Below, in pieces: positions 39,528-50,014 of a stretch of 62,338 nucleotides of DNA. The stretch comes from an uncultured Desulfobacterales bacterium (GTDB lineage: Bacteria > Desulfobacterota > DSM-4660 > Desulfatiglandales > JALVZP01). The translations under genes were made by a program, and so were the position numbers. Each line of letters begins with the position of its first letter. The stretch's first letter is position 1. The stretch is from the NCBI GenBank assembly GCA_964393645.1, contig CAYMUI010000056.1, positions 1 through 62,338 on the forward strand, in the 5' to 3' direction. The notes under the pieces were generated by a model, which worked only from the letters and a program-made list of their open reading frames with translations, did no database searches and was not told the DNA's origin.

Positions 39528-41683
39528 AAAAGAACACGGAACAAATCGAAGGCCGGATAGAGAGAATTACATTCTTTAATGAAGAAAACGGATATACAAT
39601 AGCAAAGATAAAAATATCCGGAAAAAAGGAACCCATTACTGCTGTAGGGTACTTACTGTCTCCGAGCCCTGGAGAGATTATAGAGATGAAAGGAAAATGG
39701 GTAAAGCATCCCAAGTATGGGAATCAGTTTAAGATAACGAGTTATAAAACTCGTGTTCCCGCAACTGTATATGGAATAGAAAGGTACCTGAGCTCAGGTC
39801 TCGTAAAAGGAATAGGACCGATTATGGCTAAAAGGATTGTAAAGAGATTCGGAAAAGAAACGCTAAATGTTATAGAAGAAAACATAGAAAAGCTCAAACA
39901 GGTGGAAGGAATAGGAGAAAAAAGAATTGATATGATAAAAAAGGCATGGAACGAACAAAGAGAGATCAGAGATCTCATGATATTTTTGCAAGAACACGGA
40001 ATAAGCCCGTCCTATGCCCCAAAGATATACAAAAAGTACAAAGAGGAATCCATTCAGGTGATAAAAGAAAATCCCTACAGATTGGCAATGGACATATATG
40101 GAATCGGCTTTATTACAGCAGACAGGATTGCTGAAAAGCTGGGTTTTTCAAAAGATTCAGAGCTGAGAGCAATGTCTGGGATAATATATGTGCTTCAGCA
40201 AGTAGCTGACGAAGGGCATGTTTACTGTCCATATGATGAGCTGCTGGAAAGGTGTAAAAAAGTGCTGGATACAAGTCGGGACACAATAGAAAACGCTTTA
40301 AGCAGACTACAAGCCGAAGGAAAGGTAGTGAAAGATGAAGAAGCCGTTTATTTGTCTCAATTCTATGTCTGCGAAACAGGTGTAGCAAAGAAGCTTATAA
40401 AACTTATGGAAATGCCCAAGTCTATAAGAAGGATAAATACTGAAAAGGCAATAGAGTGGGTTGAAAGAAGGCTCGGAATAAAGCTTGCTGAAAGACAAAA
40501 GGATGCAATAAGAGCTGTGTCTGAAAACAAGGTATTGATTATTACCGGCGGTCCCGGAACAGGAAAGACCACCGTTATAAATGCCATAATAAAGATATTC
40601 TCCCAAATAGGAGCAAAGATACTACTTGCAGCTCCCACAGGAAGGGCATCTAAAAGGATGACAGAAACAAGTGGATACGAAGCAAAAACAATACACAGAC
40701 TTTTAGAATACAGTCCAGAAAAAGCAGAGTTCAAGAAAAATGAAAGATCCCCTTTAAACTGTGACATCTTAATAATAGATGAAGCATCTATGATAGACAT
40801 TGTCTTAATGTATCACCTCACAAAAGCCATACCTTTAAATGCTACCGTTATTATTGTCGGGGATGTAAATCAGCTTCCGTCTGTTGGTCCCGGAAATGTC
40901 TTAAAAGATATGATTTCATCTGGAATGTTTCCCGTTGTAGAGTTAAACGAGATATTCAGACAGGCAAGAGAAAGCCTTATAGTGATAAATGCCCACAGAA
41001 TAAATGCGGGCGAATTTCCCATATTTAGGTCTGAAAAAAAGAATCCTGATTTCTATTTTATAGAAGAAGAAGATCCGGAAAAAGGGCTTTCCATCATAAT
41101 AGACCTTGTAAAAAACAGAATCCCAAAAAGATTCGGTTTCAATCCTTACGAGGACATCCAGGTCATAAGTCCTATGAACAAGGGTATAATAGGTGCGGAA
41201 AATCTGAACGAAAAACTTCAAGAAGCACTCAATCTCTCTTCTTTTGGGATAACGAGAGGAACGAAGAAGATCAAACTAAGAGATAAGGTAATGCAACTTA
41301 GAAACAATTATGAAAAAGGTGTCTTTAACGGTGACATAGGCACGGTAGTAAAAATAGACCAGGAGAATCAAGAGGTTTTTGTGGCATTTGACACAGGTAT
41401 CGTTACTTATGATTATTCAGAGCTGGACGAAATAAGTCTTGCCTATGCTATATCAGTTCATAAATCTCAGGGTTCAGAATATCCTGCAGTGGTGATTCCT
41501 ATTTTTATCCAGCACTATGTTCTTCTTCAAAGAAATCTAATATATACCGCAATTACAAGAGGAAAGAAGTTGGTGGTCGTTGTTGGCACAAAAAAGGCCT
41601 TTCTGATCGGAATAAAAAACAATAAGATCCAAAGAAGATACAGTAAATTAGACAAGAGGCTTTCAGAAAGCGAATTGATTTGA
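39515..41683 (+). CDS. recD2: RecD2-like ATP-dependent helicase
   Basis: GIGPIMA HhH, GIGFITAD, GGPGTGKT, APTGRA, DEASM, GDVNQLPSVG, YAISVHKSQGSE, YTAITRGK. Confidence 0.96.
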   Translation: MDEVEKNTEQIEGRIERITFFNEENGYTIAKIKISGKKEPITAVGYLLSPSPGEIIEMKGKWVKHPKYGNQFKITSYKTRVPATVYGIERYLSSGLVKGIGPIMAKRIVKRFGKETLNVIEENIEKLKQVEGIGEKRIDMIKKAWNEQREIRDLMIFLQEHGISPSYAPKIYKKYKEESIQVIKENPYRLAMDIYGIGFITADRIAEKLGFSKDSELRAMSGIIYVLQQVADEGHVYCPYDELLERCKKVLDTSRDTIENALSRLQAEGKVVKDEEAVYLSQFYVCETGVAKKLIKLMEMPKSIRRINTEKAIEWVERRLGIKLAERQKDAIRAVSENKVLIITGGPGTGKTTVINAIIKIFSQIGAKILLAAPTGRASKRMTETSGYEAKTIHRLLEYSPEKAEFKKNERSPLNCDILIIDEASMIDIVLMYHLTKAIPLNATVIIVGDVNQLPSVGPGNVLKDMISSGMFPVVELNEIFRQARESLIVINAHRINAGEFPIFRSEKKNPDFYFIEEEDPEKGLSIIIDLVKNRIPKRFGFNPYEDIQVISPMNKGIIGAENLNEKLQEALNLSSFGITRGTKKIKLRDKVMQLRNNYEKGVFNGDIGTVVKIDQENQEVFVAFDTGIVTYDYSELDEISLAYAISVHKSQGSEYPAVVIPIFIQHYVLLQRNLIYTAITRGKKLVVVVGTKKAFLIGIKNNKIQRRYSKLDKRLSESELI

Positions 41684-41739
41684 AATAAGAATTTTTTTTT
41701 GTTAGATAAGCAGTGCAAATTTGAGTAAGGGGTGCTGCC

Positions 41740-44496
41740 ATGAGCAAAGAAAACATAATAACAATAAACGGGCAAGAGTTTAGCTTTGAGCCAGGTGAAA
41801 CCATCTTAGATGTTGCCACAAGAAACGGGATATACATACCAACCTTATGCTACCTAAAAAGAGCTACTCCAACAGGTGCGTGCAGAATATGTGTGGTGGA
41901 AGTAGAGGGAGCCAGAAACTTGGTTGCTTCTTGTTCTACACCTGCCTCTGCTGGAATGAAAATAAAAACAGACAGCCCGCGAGTAATTGAAGCAAGAAGG
42001 CTTAATTTGGAATTGCTTATCTCTTCAGGCAATCATAACTGTCTGGTTCAGGACCTGGATCAACAGGAATGGACAGATTTTCAGCTTAAGAGCATGAAAA
42101 CAGAACCCGAACAAATATGTCCCGCATACGGAGAGTGCAGACTTCAAGACCTTGCAATACGCTACAGGGTAAAACCCAGATTTATTCCAAAGGAGAGCAA
42201 ATACCCAACAGAGGAGAATCCATTTTTCATTAGAGACTTTTCCAGATGCATACTGTGTGGCCGCTGTGTTCAGGCGTGTAACGAAATTCAGGTAAACAAT
42301 GCTATAAGTCTTGGCTACAGAGGAGCTGAATCAAAAGTTGTAGCAAAAGGAGATTATCCACTTACCAAATCAGACTGCGTGTTCTGTGGAGAATGTGTTC
42401 AGGTATGTCCGGTAGGAGCACTTGTTCCAAAAAGTGTTATTGTAAACAAGGTGCTTCCAAATGAAGTAAAAAAGATTAGAACCACCTGTTCTTACTGTGG
42501 AGTGGGATGTCAGATATATCTGCATGTAAAGGACAACAAGGTAGTAAAAGTAACAGGTGTTGAAGAGGCTGCTCCAAATTATGGAAGCCTGTGTGTAAAG
42601 GGAAGGTTTGGATATGACTTTATAAATCATCCTGACAGACTCAAAAAGCCTCTTATAAAGAAAAACGGTGAATTCAAAGAAGCGACATGGGATGAAGCCC
42701 TCGATCTTGTAGCCAACAAGCTAAAAGAAATAAAAGAAAAATTTGGCCCAGATTCCATAGGATTTCTTACCAGCGCAAGAGCAACAAACGAAGAAAATTA
42801 CATCGCTCAAAAATTTACCAGAGCGACTCTGGGAACCAATAACATAGACCACTGCGCTCGTCTCTGACACTCCTCTACCGTGGCAGGTCTTGCCGCGGCA
42901 TTTGGCAGTGGCGCAATGACCAACACTATTGCTGACTTAGAAAAAGCAGAGGTTATCTTAGTAACCGGATCAAACACTACTGAAAACCATCCTGTTATAT
43001 CCTCCTATATAAAGAGAGCAGTTACTCAAAAGGGAGCAAAACTGATAGTAGTTGATCCGAGAAAAATTCCTCTTACTAAATTTGCAACCATATGGATGAG
43101 ACAAAGACTTGGTACAGATGTAGCGTGGATAAACGGAATGATGCATGTAATCATAAAAGAAAACCTCCATGACGAAGAATACATCAAAGAAAGGACCGTT
43201 GGATTTGAAGAAATGAAAAAGGTGGTAGAAAAATATACGCCAGAGTATGTGGAACAGATCACGGGCATCCCTAAGGAAAAGATAATAGAAGCAGCAAGAC
43301 TTTACGGAAAGGCAAGCCGTGCTTCTATCGTATATGCAATGGGAATAACACAGCATATAACAGGCACTGACAATGTTAAATCTCTTGCTAATCTCGCTAT
43401 GCTTTGTGGAAATGTGGGCATTGAGGGGGGCGGAGTAAATCCTCTAAGAGGTCAGAACAATGTACAAGGTGCTTGTGATATGGGAGGACTTCCCAATGTT
43501 TACTCTGGATATCAAAGAGTGGATGATCCTCAGGTGAGAGAAAAGATGGAAAAGGCATGGGGCGTAAGTGCTCTTCCTGACAAGGTTGGTCTTACTGTTA
43601 CAGAAATGATGGAGATGGCGTATAAAGGAGAATTAAAAGCGCTTTATATAATGGGAGAAAACCCGATGGTTTCAGATCCTGACCTCAACCATGTAAAAGA
43701 GGCTCTTCAAAGATTAGACTTTCTCGTGGTTCAGGACATATTCTTGACAGAAACTGCTCAACTTGCTGATGTTGTGCTTCCTTCTGTTTCTTTTGCTGAA
43801 AAAGAAGGGACCTTCACCAATACAGAAAGAAGGGTGCAAAGAGTAAGAAAAGCAGTATCTCCGCCAGGGGAAGCAAAGGAAGACTGGAAGATACTTTGCG
43901 AAATCTCTATGCGTATGGGTTATCCCATGAACTATGGAAGCGCAAAAGACATCATGAGGGAAATAGCCAGTGTGACTCCGTCTTACTCTGGGATAAGCTA
44001 CGAAAGGATAGAAAAAGAGGGAATTCATTGGCCATGCCCGTCTTCTGAACATCCAGGAACACCTATTCTTCATGTAGGAAAATTTGCTTCAGGAAAAGGG
44101 GTATTTCACGCAATTGATTACATACCACCTGCAGAACTACCAGATGAGGAATATCCCTTCTTCCTGACCACAGGAAGAATCCTTTATCAATACCACACAA
44201 GGACGATGACCATGAGAACGCCTTTGAACGAGATAAGTCCAGATTGTTTTGTAGAAATTTCCAGAGATGACGCACGCAAACTTGGGATAAAAACGGATGA
44301 TCTTATAAAGGTGGCATCCAGAAGAGGAGAAATAACAGCAAAGGCAGTTGTTACCGACAGAGTAGACAAAGGCACAATTTTTATCCCGTTCCACTATGCC
44401 AATGCAGCAGCAAATATTCTAACCAACAAGGCTCTTGACCCAGTAGCAAAAATTCCAGAGTACAAAGTATGTGCAGTGAAGATAGAAAAGGCATAG
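41740..44496 (+). CDS. fdhA: Formate dehydrogenase alpha subunit, selenocysteine at TGA 42865-42867 (918 aa)
   Basis: N-terminal Fe-S domains (CRICVVE; CILCGRC; CVFCGEC), CSYCGVGC, then [14 protein letters not shown]; the two ORF-track pieces are in frame; LRGQNNVQG and molybdopterin-binding tail. Confidence 0.96.
42878..42898 (+). promoter_or_regulatory. Bacterial SECIS element of fdhA
   Basis: CCGTGGCA-GGTCT-TGCCGCGG hairpin beginning 11 nt after the TGA; GCAGGUCU core as in the E. coli fdhF SECIS. Confidence 0.88.
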
Positions 44497-44506
44497 GAGG
44501 CTTAAA

Positions 44507-45004
44507 ATGACACATGAAGAACTTTACCAACTTAATCCTGATTTGACTCCAGAAGTGATGCAGGAGATAGACAAAGTTATAGAAGAAAACATTCACAGAC
44601 CAGGTTGCCTTATTCCTGTGCTTACTAAGTGTCAGGAAATACTCGGTTACATTCCTGTAGAACTGCAGGAATACTTAAGTGAAAGGCTAAACATACCAGG
44701 AAGCAACATCTACGGGGTTGTAAGCTTTTACTCTTTTTTTTCTATGATTCCTAAGGGAAGACACACGATAAAAATATGCGAAGGAACTGCTTGTTATGTG
44801 CAAGGAAGCTACAGAATACGGGATTTTATATGTAACGAATATGGACTTGAACCAGGAGGTACCACTAAGGATAGAAGATTCTCGCTGCAAGTAGTTAGGT
44901 GTCTTGGTGCGTGTGGTCTTGCACCAGTTATGATGGTGGATAATGACACATATGGAAAATTAACTATCGATAGTGTGAAAGAGATACTGGACAGATATGA
45001 GTGA
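44507..45004 (+). CDS. NuoE/HydC-like [2Fe-2S] subunit
   Basis: GVVSFYSFF, ICEGTACYVQG, VRCLGACGLAPVM. Confidence 0.95.
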   Translation: MTHEELYQLNPDLTPEVMQEIDKVIEENIHRPGCLIPVLTKCQEILGYIPVELQEYLSERLNIPGSNIYGVVSFYSFFSMIPKGRHTIKICEGTACYVQGSYRIRDFICNEYGLEPGGTTKDRRFSLQVVRCLGACGLAPVMMVDNDTYGKLTIDSVKEILDRYE

Positions 45005-45031
45005 GAAAAAGAGCTACGGAGGAGTTTAGTC

Positions 45032-46906
45032 ATGTCAAAGCTTACAGTACAAGATCTCGACAAGATAAAAGAGAATATGCAAAAGGAAATGTTGCTTAGA
45101 GAAGGGAAAAAAACGCCTGCTGCAAAGCATAGATTACACCTCATGCTTTGTAGTGGTACAGGATGTCAAGCCTCTGGCAGTAAAGAAGTAAAAAAAGCCT
45201 TAGAAGAAGAACTAAAAAAAGCAGGACTTGATAAGGAAGTACTCATTGTGGAGACAGGTTGTAACGGCTTTTGCGCTCAAGGGCCCGTTATGGTGGTTCA
45301 TCCTGACAACATATTTTACCAAAAGTTGAAACCAGAACATGCCCCTCTGCTTGTCGAAGAACACTTTCTTAAAGGAAAACCAGTAGAAAAGCTCATGTAC
45401 AAAGATGCTGCCACCAAAAAGGTGATCCCACTGTTGGATCAAATTCCGTTCTTTTCAAATCAAATGGCCATTGTGTTAAAAAACAGAGGGCTTATAGATC
45501 CGGAAAACATAGATGAATACATAGCAAGAGATGGATACAAAGCCGTTGCAAAAGCTCTCTTAGATATGAGCCCTGAAGAGATAATAGAAGAGATAAAAAG
45601 ATCAGGGTTGAGAGGAAGAGGAGGAGCTGGATTTCCAACCGGACTTAAGTGGGAGTTTGCAAGAAAGGCCCCAGGTGATGTGAAGTATATAATCTGCAAT
45701 GCAGATGAAGGAGATCCTGGAGCATTTATGGACAGAAGTGTATTGGAAGGAGATCCTCATGCGGTGCTGGAAGGGATGATTATAGGAGCAAAAGCGATTG
45801 GTGCTATTAGGGGGTTCATATACTGCAGAGCAGAATATCCTTTGGCACTAAGAAGACTCGAAATAGCTATATCACAAGCAAAAGAATATGGTCTGTTGGG
45901 AGAAGATATACTTGGAAGCGGATTCAACTTCGACATTGAGATATATCAAGGAGCGGGTGCATTCGTATGTGGTGAAGAAACCGCACTTATGGCCTCCATA
46001 GAAGGAAGAAGGGGAAATCCAAGGCCAAGACCTCCTTACCCTGCTCAAAAAGGGCTTTGGGGAAAACCAACAGTGATAAATAATGTGGAAACCTTTGCAA
46101 ATGTTCCAAAGATTATACTTAACGGTGGAGATTGGTTCGCGGGTATAGGCACGGAGAAAAGCAAAGGAACAAAAGTATTTGCGCTTACGGGCGATGTAAA
46201 CAACATAGGGCTTGTGGAAGTGCCCATGGGAACTACACTCAGAACCATAATATTTGATATTGGAGGAGGAATACCTAAAAAAAGAAAATTCAAAGCTGTC
46301 CAACTTGGTGGGCCTTCTGGTGGATGTATTCCTGAAAAGTATCTGGATACACCGGTAGATTACGAATCTATCACGGAGTTGGGGGCAATAATGGGCTCAG
46401 GCGGAATGATTGTTATGGATGAAAAAACATGTATGGTAGATATGGCAAGATTTTTCTTGAGATTTATCCAAGATGAGTCTTGTGGAAAATGTCCCCCATG
46501 TCGTGAAGGAACGGGAAGAATGCTGGAGATCTTGGACAGGATAGTGGAAGGAAAAGGAGAACCCGGAGATATAGAGCTTCTGGAAGAATTGAGTTACATG
46601 ATAAGGGATACAGCCCTGTGTGGACTTGGGCAGACAGGACCAAACCCGGTTCTTTCAACCCTGAGACACTTCAGAGAGGAATACGAAGCGCACATATACG
46701 AAAAGAGATGCCCTGCAAAGGTTTGCAAGGCATTACTAAAATTTGAAGTAGATGAAGACAAGTGCAAAAGATGTGGAATATGTTACAAAAATTGTCCAGC
46801 AGGAGCTATTGAATGGGAGAAGAAGAAAACAGCACGCATAATAAAGGACAAGTGTATAAAGTGTATGACATGTATAATGAACTGCCCAGCAGATGCCATC
46901 TTTTAA
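45032..46906 (+). CDS. NuoF/HydB-like NADH/FMN-binding subunit with extra N- and C-terminal Fe-S domains
   Basis: CSGTGC...GCNGFC, GLRGRGGAGF, NADEGDPGAFMDR, GAGAFVCGEET, GGPSGG, CGKCPPCREG, two C-terminal CxxCxxCxxxCP. Confidence 0.96.
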   Translation: MSKLTVQDLDKIKENMQKEMLLREGKKTPAAKHRLHLMLCSGTGCQASGSKEVKKALEEELKKAGLDKEVLIVETGCNGFCAQGPVMVVHPDNIFYQKLKPEHAPLLVEEHFLKGKPVEKLMYKDAATKKVIPLLDQIPFFSNQMAIVLKNRGLIDPENIDEYIARDGYKAVAKALLDMSPEEIIEEIKRSGLRGRGGAGFPTGLKWEFARKAPGDVKYIICNADEGDPGAFMDRSVLEGDPHAVLEGMIIGAKAIGAIRGFIYCRAEYPLALRRLEIAISQAKEYGLLGEDILGSGFNFDIEIYQGAGAFVCGEETALMASIEGRRGNPRPRPPYPAQKGLWGKPTVINNVETFANVPKIILNGGDWFAGIGTEKSKGTKVFALTGDVNNIGLVEVPMGTTLRTIIFDIGGGIPKKRKFKAVQLGGPSGGCIPEKYLDTPVDYESITELGAIMGSGGMIVMDEKTCMVDMARFFLRFIQDESCGKCPPCREGTGRMLEILDRIVEGKGEPGDIELLEELSYMIRDTALCGLGQTGPNPVLSTLRHFREEYEAHIYEKRCPAKVCKALLKFEVDEDKCKRCGICYKNCPAGAIEWEKKKTARIIKDKCIKCMTCIMNCPADAIF

Positions 46907-48215
46907 ACAGAGTACTTTGAGAAAGGAGCTGGGGTTTTGGGACTCTATAGCTATATCAGTAGGTATTGCTATAGGAGTGGGGATATTCAGGGTTCCATCA
47001 GAAATAGCGGCTATAATGCCGTATCCCCAGCTCATTATAACAGCTTGGCTTGTAGGTGGACTGCTATGCCTATTTGGTGCTCTATGTTATGCTGAACTTT
47101 CTTCTACCTTTCCAGAAACAGGTGGAGACTATGTCTACATAAGGGAAAACTATGGGCTTCTTCCTGCATTTCTCTACGGGTGGGCCTCTATATTTATCAT
47201 CAGAACAGGAATAATAGCAGCGGTTGCTTTTGTATTTTCAGAATACCTGTGTTCGCTCACTTGTCTGTGTAAAGGGTTTATCAAACCCGTTGCCATAAGC
47301 ACTATTGTATCTCTGTCGCTGATAAATGGAATAGGTGTAAGAATTGGAAAAAATCTATTAAATTTGTCGGTAATGACCAAAGTCATTGCCCTTGTTGTGC
47401 TTATTATATGTGCTCTTTCTTCATCTAAAGGAAGCACAGAAAATCTTCATGTAGGATTGGATAAAAGCGCTTTCGAAATAGTCAATATGTTTGCCCTTGC
47501 ACTTGTGCCCGTGCTTTGGACTTATGGGGGATGGCATGAAAGCACATTTATGACAGGTGAAACAAAAGATGCTCAAAAAGTTCTTCCCATAGCACTTATT
47601 ACAGCCACTTTAATCATAACGGGAATATATGTTCTTCTTAATGTAAGCTATCTGTATCTCATCCCTGTCCAGTCAGTCAAAGAACTTCCCCTTATAGCAG
47701 GAGAAGTAATGAAACTTATATTTGGAAAGTGGGCAAAAAAAGGCATAGAATTTTTAATAGTCATTTCATCCTTTGGAACGCTCAATGCTACCATAATGAC
47801 ATCCAGCAGGATCACCTATGCTATGAGTAAAGACAATCCATTTTTTAAATATCTATCTCGTATAAGTACCAGATTCGGTACCCCTTTTAGAGCGCTCGTA
47901 CTGAATGCCGTCTTGGCTTCAATTCTCGTGGCATGGGGAACATTTAACAAACTGCTCTTTTTTACAGGTCTTCTGGTATGGCTGTTTTTTGGTGTGATTG
48001 TGTCAGCTGTGATTGTGTCAAGGATAAAGTACCCTGAACTAAAAAGACCGTTTAAAGCGTGGGGCTATCCTTTTACCCCCGTGGTATTTGCTTGTGTGTG
48101 TTTCTGGATGTGTGTTGATATATTTTTTAGATATAAGTTGCAGTCCATATGTGGTTTAGGAATCATGATAAGTGGAATAGTGGTTTATAAGATAAGCATG
48201 AGTTTAAAAATTTGA
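46893..48215 (+). CDS. APC-superfamily amino acid permease
   Basis: GIAIGVGIF, YAELSSTFPETGGDYVY, YGGWHE, RITYAMS, RPFKAWGYP; multiple TM segments. Confidence 0.93.
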   Translation: MPSFKQSTLRKELGFWDSIAISVGIAIGVGIFRVPSEIAAIMPYPQLIITAWLVGGLLCLFGALCYAELSSTFPETGGDYVYIRENYGLLPAFLYGWASIFIIRTGIIAAVAFVFSEYLCSLTCLCKGFIKPVAISTIVSLSLINGIGVRIGKNLLNLSVMTKVIALVVLIICALSSSKGSTENLHVGLDKSAFEIVNMFALALVPVLWTYGGWHESTFMTGETKDAQKVLPIALITATLIITGIYVLLNVSYLYLIPVQSVKELPLIAGEVMKLIFGKWAKKGIEFLIVISSFGTLNATIMTSSRITYAMSKDNPFFKYLSRISTRFGTPFRALVLNAVLASILVAWGTFNKLLFFTGLLVWLFFGVIVSAVIVSRIKYPELKRPFKAWGYPFTPVVFACVCFWMCVDIFFRYKLQSICGLGIMISGIVVYKISMSLKI

Positions 48216-48240
48216 CAAATCAAGTACCCAGCATTAGAGT
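48212..48240 (+). promoter_or_regulatory. Sigma70-type promoter for the homocysteine biosynthesis gene
   Basis: TTGACA (48212-48217), 17-nt spacer, TAGAGT (48235-48240); RBS GGAGG follows. Confidence 0.6.
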
Positions 48241-48267
48241 ATTCTCATCCCTATTGGAGGAAAAGGG

Positions 48268-49446
48268 ATGGCAGAGAAAATAAAAACCATAAGGGAGATT
48301 AATGAAAAGATAAAAAAAGGCAATGTCGTGGTGGTAACTGCCGAGGAAATGGTACAAATCGTAAAAAAGTACGGGGCAAAAAAGGCAGCAAAAGAAGTAG
48401 ATGTAGTAACGACCGGCACCTTCTCTCCCATGTGCTCTTCAGGAGCTTTTCTGAACTTTGGTCACTCAAAACCTCCTATAAAAGCTTATAAGGTCTGGCT
48501 CAACGGCGTTCCAGCCTATGCAGGACTTGCTGCAGTGGATATATACATAGGTGCTACCGAACCAGCAGAAGACGATCCTTTAAATAAGGTGCATCCAGGT
48601 CAATTCAGATACGGTGGAGGACATGTTATTCAAGACCTTGTGGCAGGAAAAAAGATAGAACTAAGAGCTATAGCTTATGGAACCGACTGTTATCCAAAGA
48701 AAGAGCTTAGAAAAAAGATCTCTATAAAAGATGTCCCAAATGTCATAATGGTAAATCCCAGAAATTCGTATCAAAACTACAACTGTGCCATAAACCTATC
48801 AAATAAAACAAAATATACATACATGGGAGTTCTCAAGCCTAACGGGACAAATATAAATTATGCAACTGCTGGCCAGTTAAGCCCTTTATTTAATGATCCC
48901 TACTTCCTTACTATCGGAATCGGCACGAGAATATTCTTAGGAGGTGCTCAGGGATACATAATAGGACCTGGGACTCAGTACAAATACGAGGTTGAAAGAA
49001 CAGAAAAAGGCATCCCCATAGAGCCTGCTGGAACGCTTATGGTAACGGGAAATCTAAAAGAGATGAGCCCGAAGTGGGTTGTAGGGGTGAGCATACTCGG
49101 ATACGGCTGTTCACTGGCGGTAGGAATAGGCATCCCCATTCCTGTAATAAATGAAGAAGTAGCAAAGTATACTGGTATTTCTGATGAAGAAATACTTACA
49201 AGGATAATAGACTATGGAAACGATTACCCAAAAGGGGAAGCTAAACCGCTCGGAATTGTAAGTTACGCAGAATTAAAGACAGGGAGTATAAAATTCAGAG
49301 GACAGGAAGTACAAACAGTTCCGGTATCTTCATACAAAAAGGCAAAAGAGATAGCAGAGCTTTTAAAAGAACAGATAAAAAAAGGAGACTTTTTCTTGAC
49401 AGAACCAGTTGCTCCTCTTCCTGGAGCAAGACTGGCATGGACATAA
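48268..49446 (+). CDS. Homocysteine biosynthesis protein (aspartate-semialdehyde sulfurtransferase, COG1900/MA1821-like, no CBS domains)
   Basis: KTIREINEKIKKG, VVTAEEM, DVVTTGTFSPMCSSG, LAAVDIYIGAT, QLSPLFNDP, IGIPIP. Confidence 0.9.
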   Translation: MAEKIKTIREINEKIKKGNVVVVTAEEMVQIVKKYGAKKAAKEVDVVTTGTFSPMCSSGAFLNFGHSKPPIKAYKVWLNGVPAYAGLAAVDIYIGATEPAEDDPLNKVHPGQFRYGGGHVIQDLVAGKKIELRAIAYGTDCYPKKELRKKISIKDVPNVIMVNPRNSYQNYNCAINLSNKTKYTYMGVLKPNGTNINYATAGQLSPLFNDPYFLTIGIGTRIFLGGAQGYIIGPGTQYKYEVERTEKGIPIEPAGTLMVTGNLKEMSPKWVVGVSILGYGCSLAVGIGIPIPVINEEVAKYTGISDEEILTRIIDYGNDYPKGEAKPLGIVSYAELKTGSIKFRGQEVQTVPVSSYKKAKEIAELLKEQIKKGDFFLTEPVAPLPGARLAWT

Positions 49447-49540
49447 AAGGAAAATATTTAGATGGAGTGCTATTGGATTTACGGACAGCTATCAGTGATT
49501 TTTGAAGAAAGGTTAGCATGTGTTTTTGATAGGACCAACT

Positions 49541-49564
49541 GGCAGAAGGGGATTTTTTGCCTTT
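49541..49564 (+). terminator. Possible intrinsic terminator hairpin
   Basis: GGCAGAA-GGGGATT-TTTTGCC followed by TTT, ~95 nt after the preceding stop. Confidence 0.3.
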
Positions 49565-49573
49565 AAATAGATA

Positions 49574-50014
49574 ATGAAAATATATTTGGATAATTGTTGT
49601 CTTAATCGCCCTTTTGATAATCAACTTGACATAAAAATTCGATTAGAAACTGAAGCCAAACTATACATTCAGTATCTTATACAAAAGAAAAAACTTCAAA
49701 TAGTTTGGTCTTACATATTGGATTTTGAAAATAGTAAGAATCCTTTTGAAGAAAGAAAACAACAGATAGAAAGATGGAAAATATTTGCTGTTGAAGATAT
49801 TGAAGAAAATGATACTATTTTAACAATAGGCCAAAAATTAGAAAAAATCGGATTAAAAAAGATTGACGCTTTACATATAGCTTGTGCCATTTATGCTAAA
49901 TGTAATTATTTCATTACTACTGATAAAGGCATTCTAAAAAAGGCTAAAAGAATAAAAGAACTTATTGTGATTGATCCTATTAATTTTATTAGCGAGGTTT
50001 TAGATGCTTACTGA
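49574..50014 (+). CDS. PIN-domain ribonuclease (VapC-like toxin)
   Basis: KIYLDNCCLNRPFD, DALHIACA, FITTDK; visibly more AT-rich than the flanks. Confidence 0.88.
   Translation: MKIYLDNCCLNRPFDNQLDIKIRLETEAKLYIQYLIQKKKLQIVWSYILDFENSKNPFEERKQQIERWKIFAVEDIEENDTILTIGQKLEKIGLKKIDALHIACAIYAKCNYFITTDKGILKKAKRIKELIVIDPINFISEVLDAY

Noticed and set aside
45002-45034. NuoE-like TGA is in frame with the NuoF-like ATG with no stop between (possible readthrough fusion)
   Set aside because: The downstream gene has its own strong RBS (GGAGGAG), there is no convincing SECIS, no Cys is expected at this position, and in-frame spacing occurs one time in three by chance.
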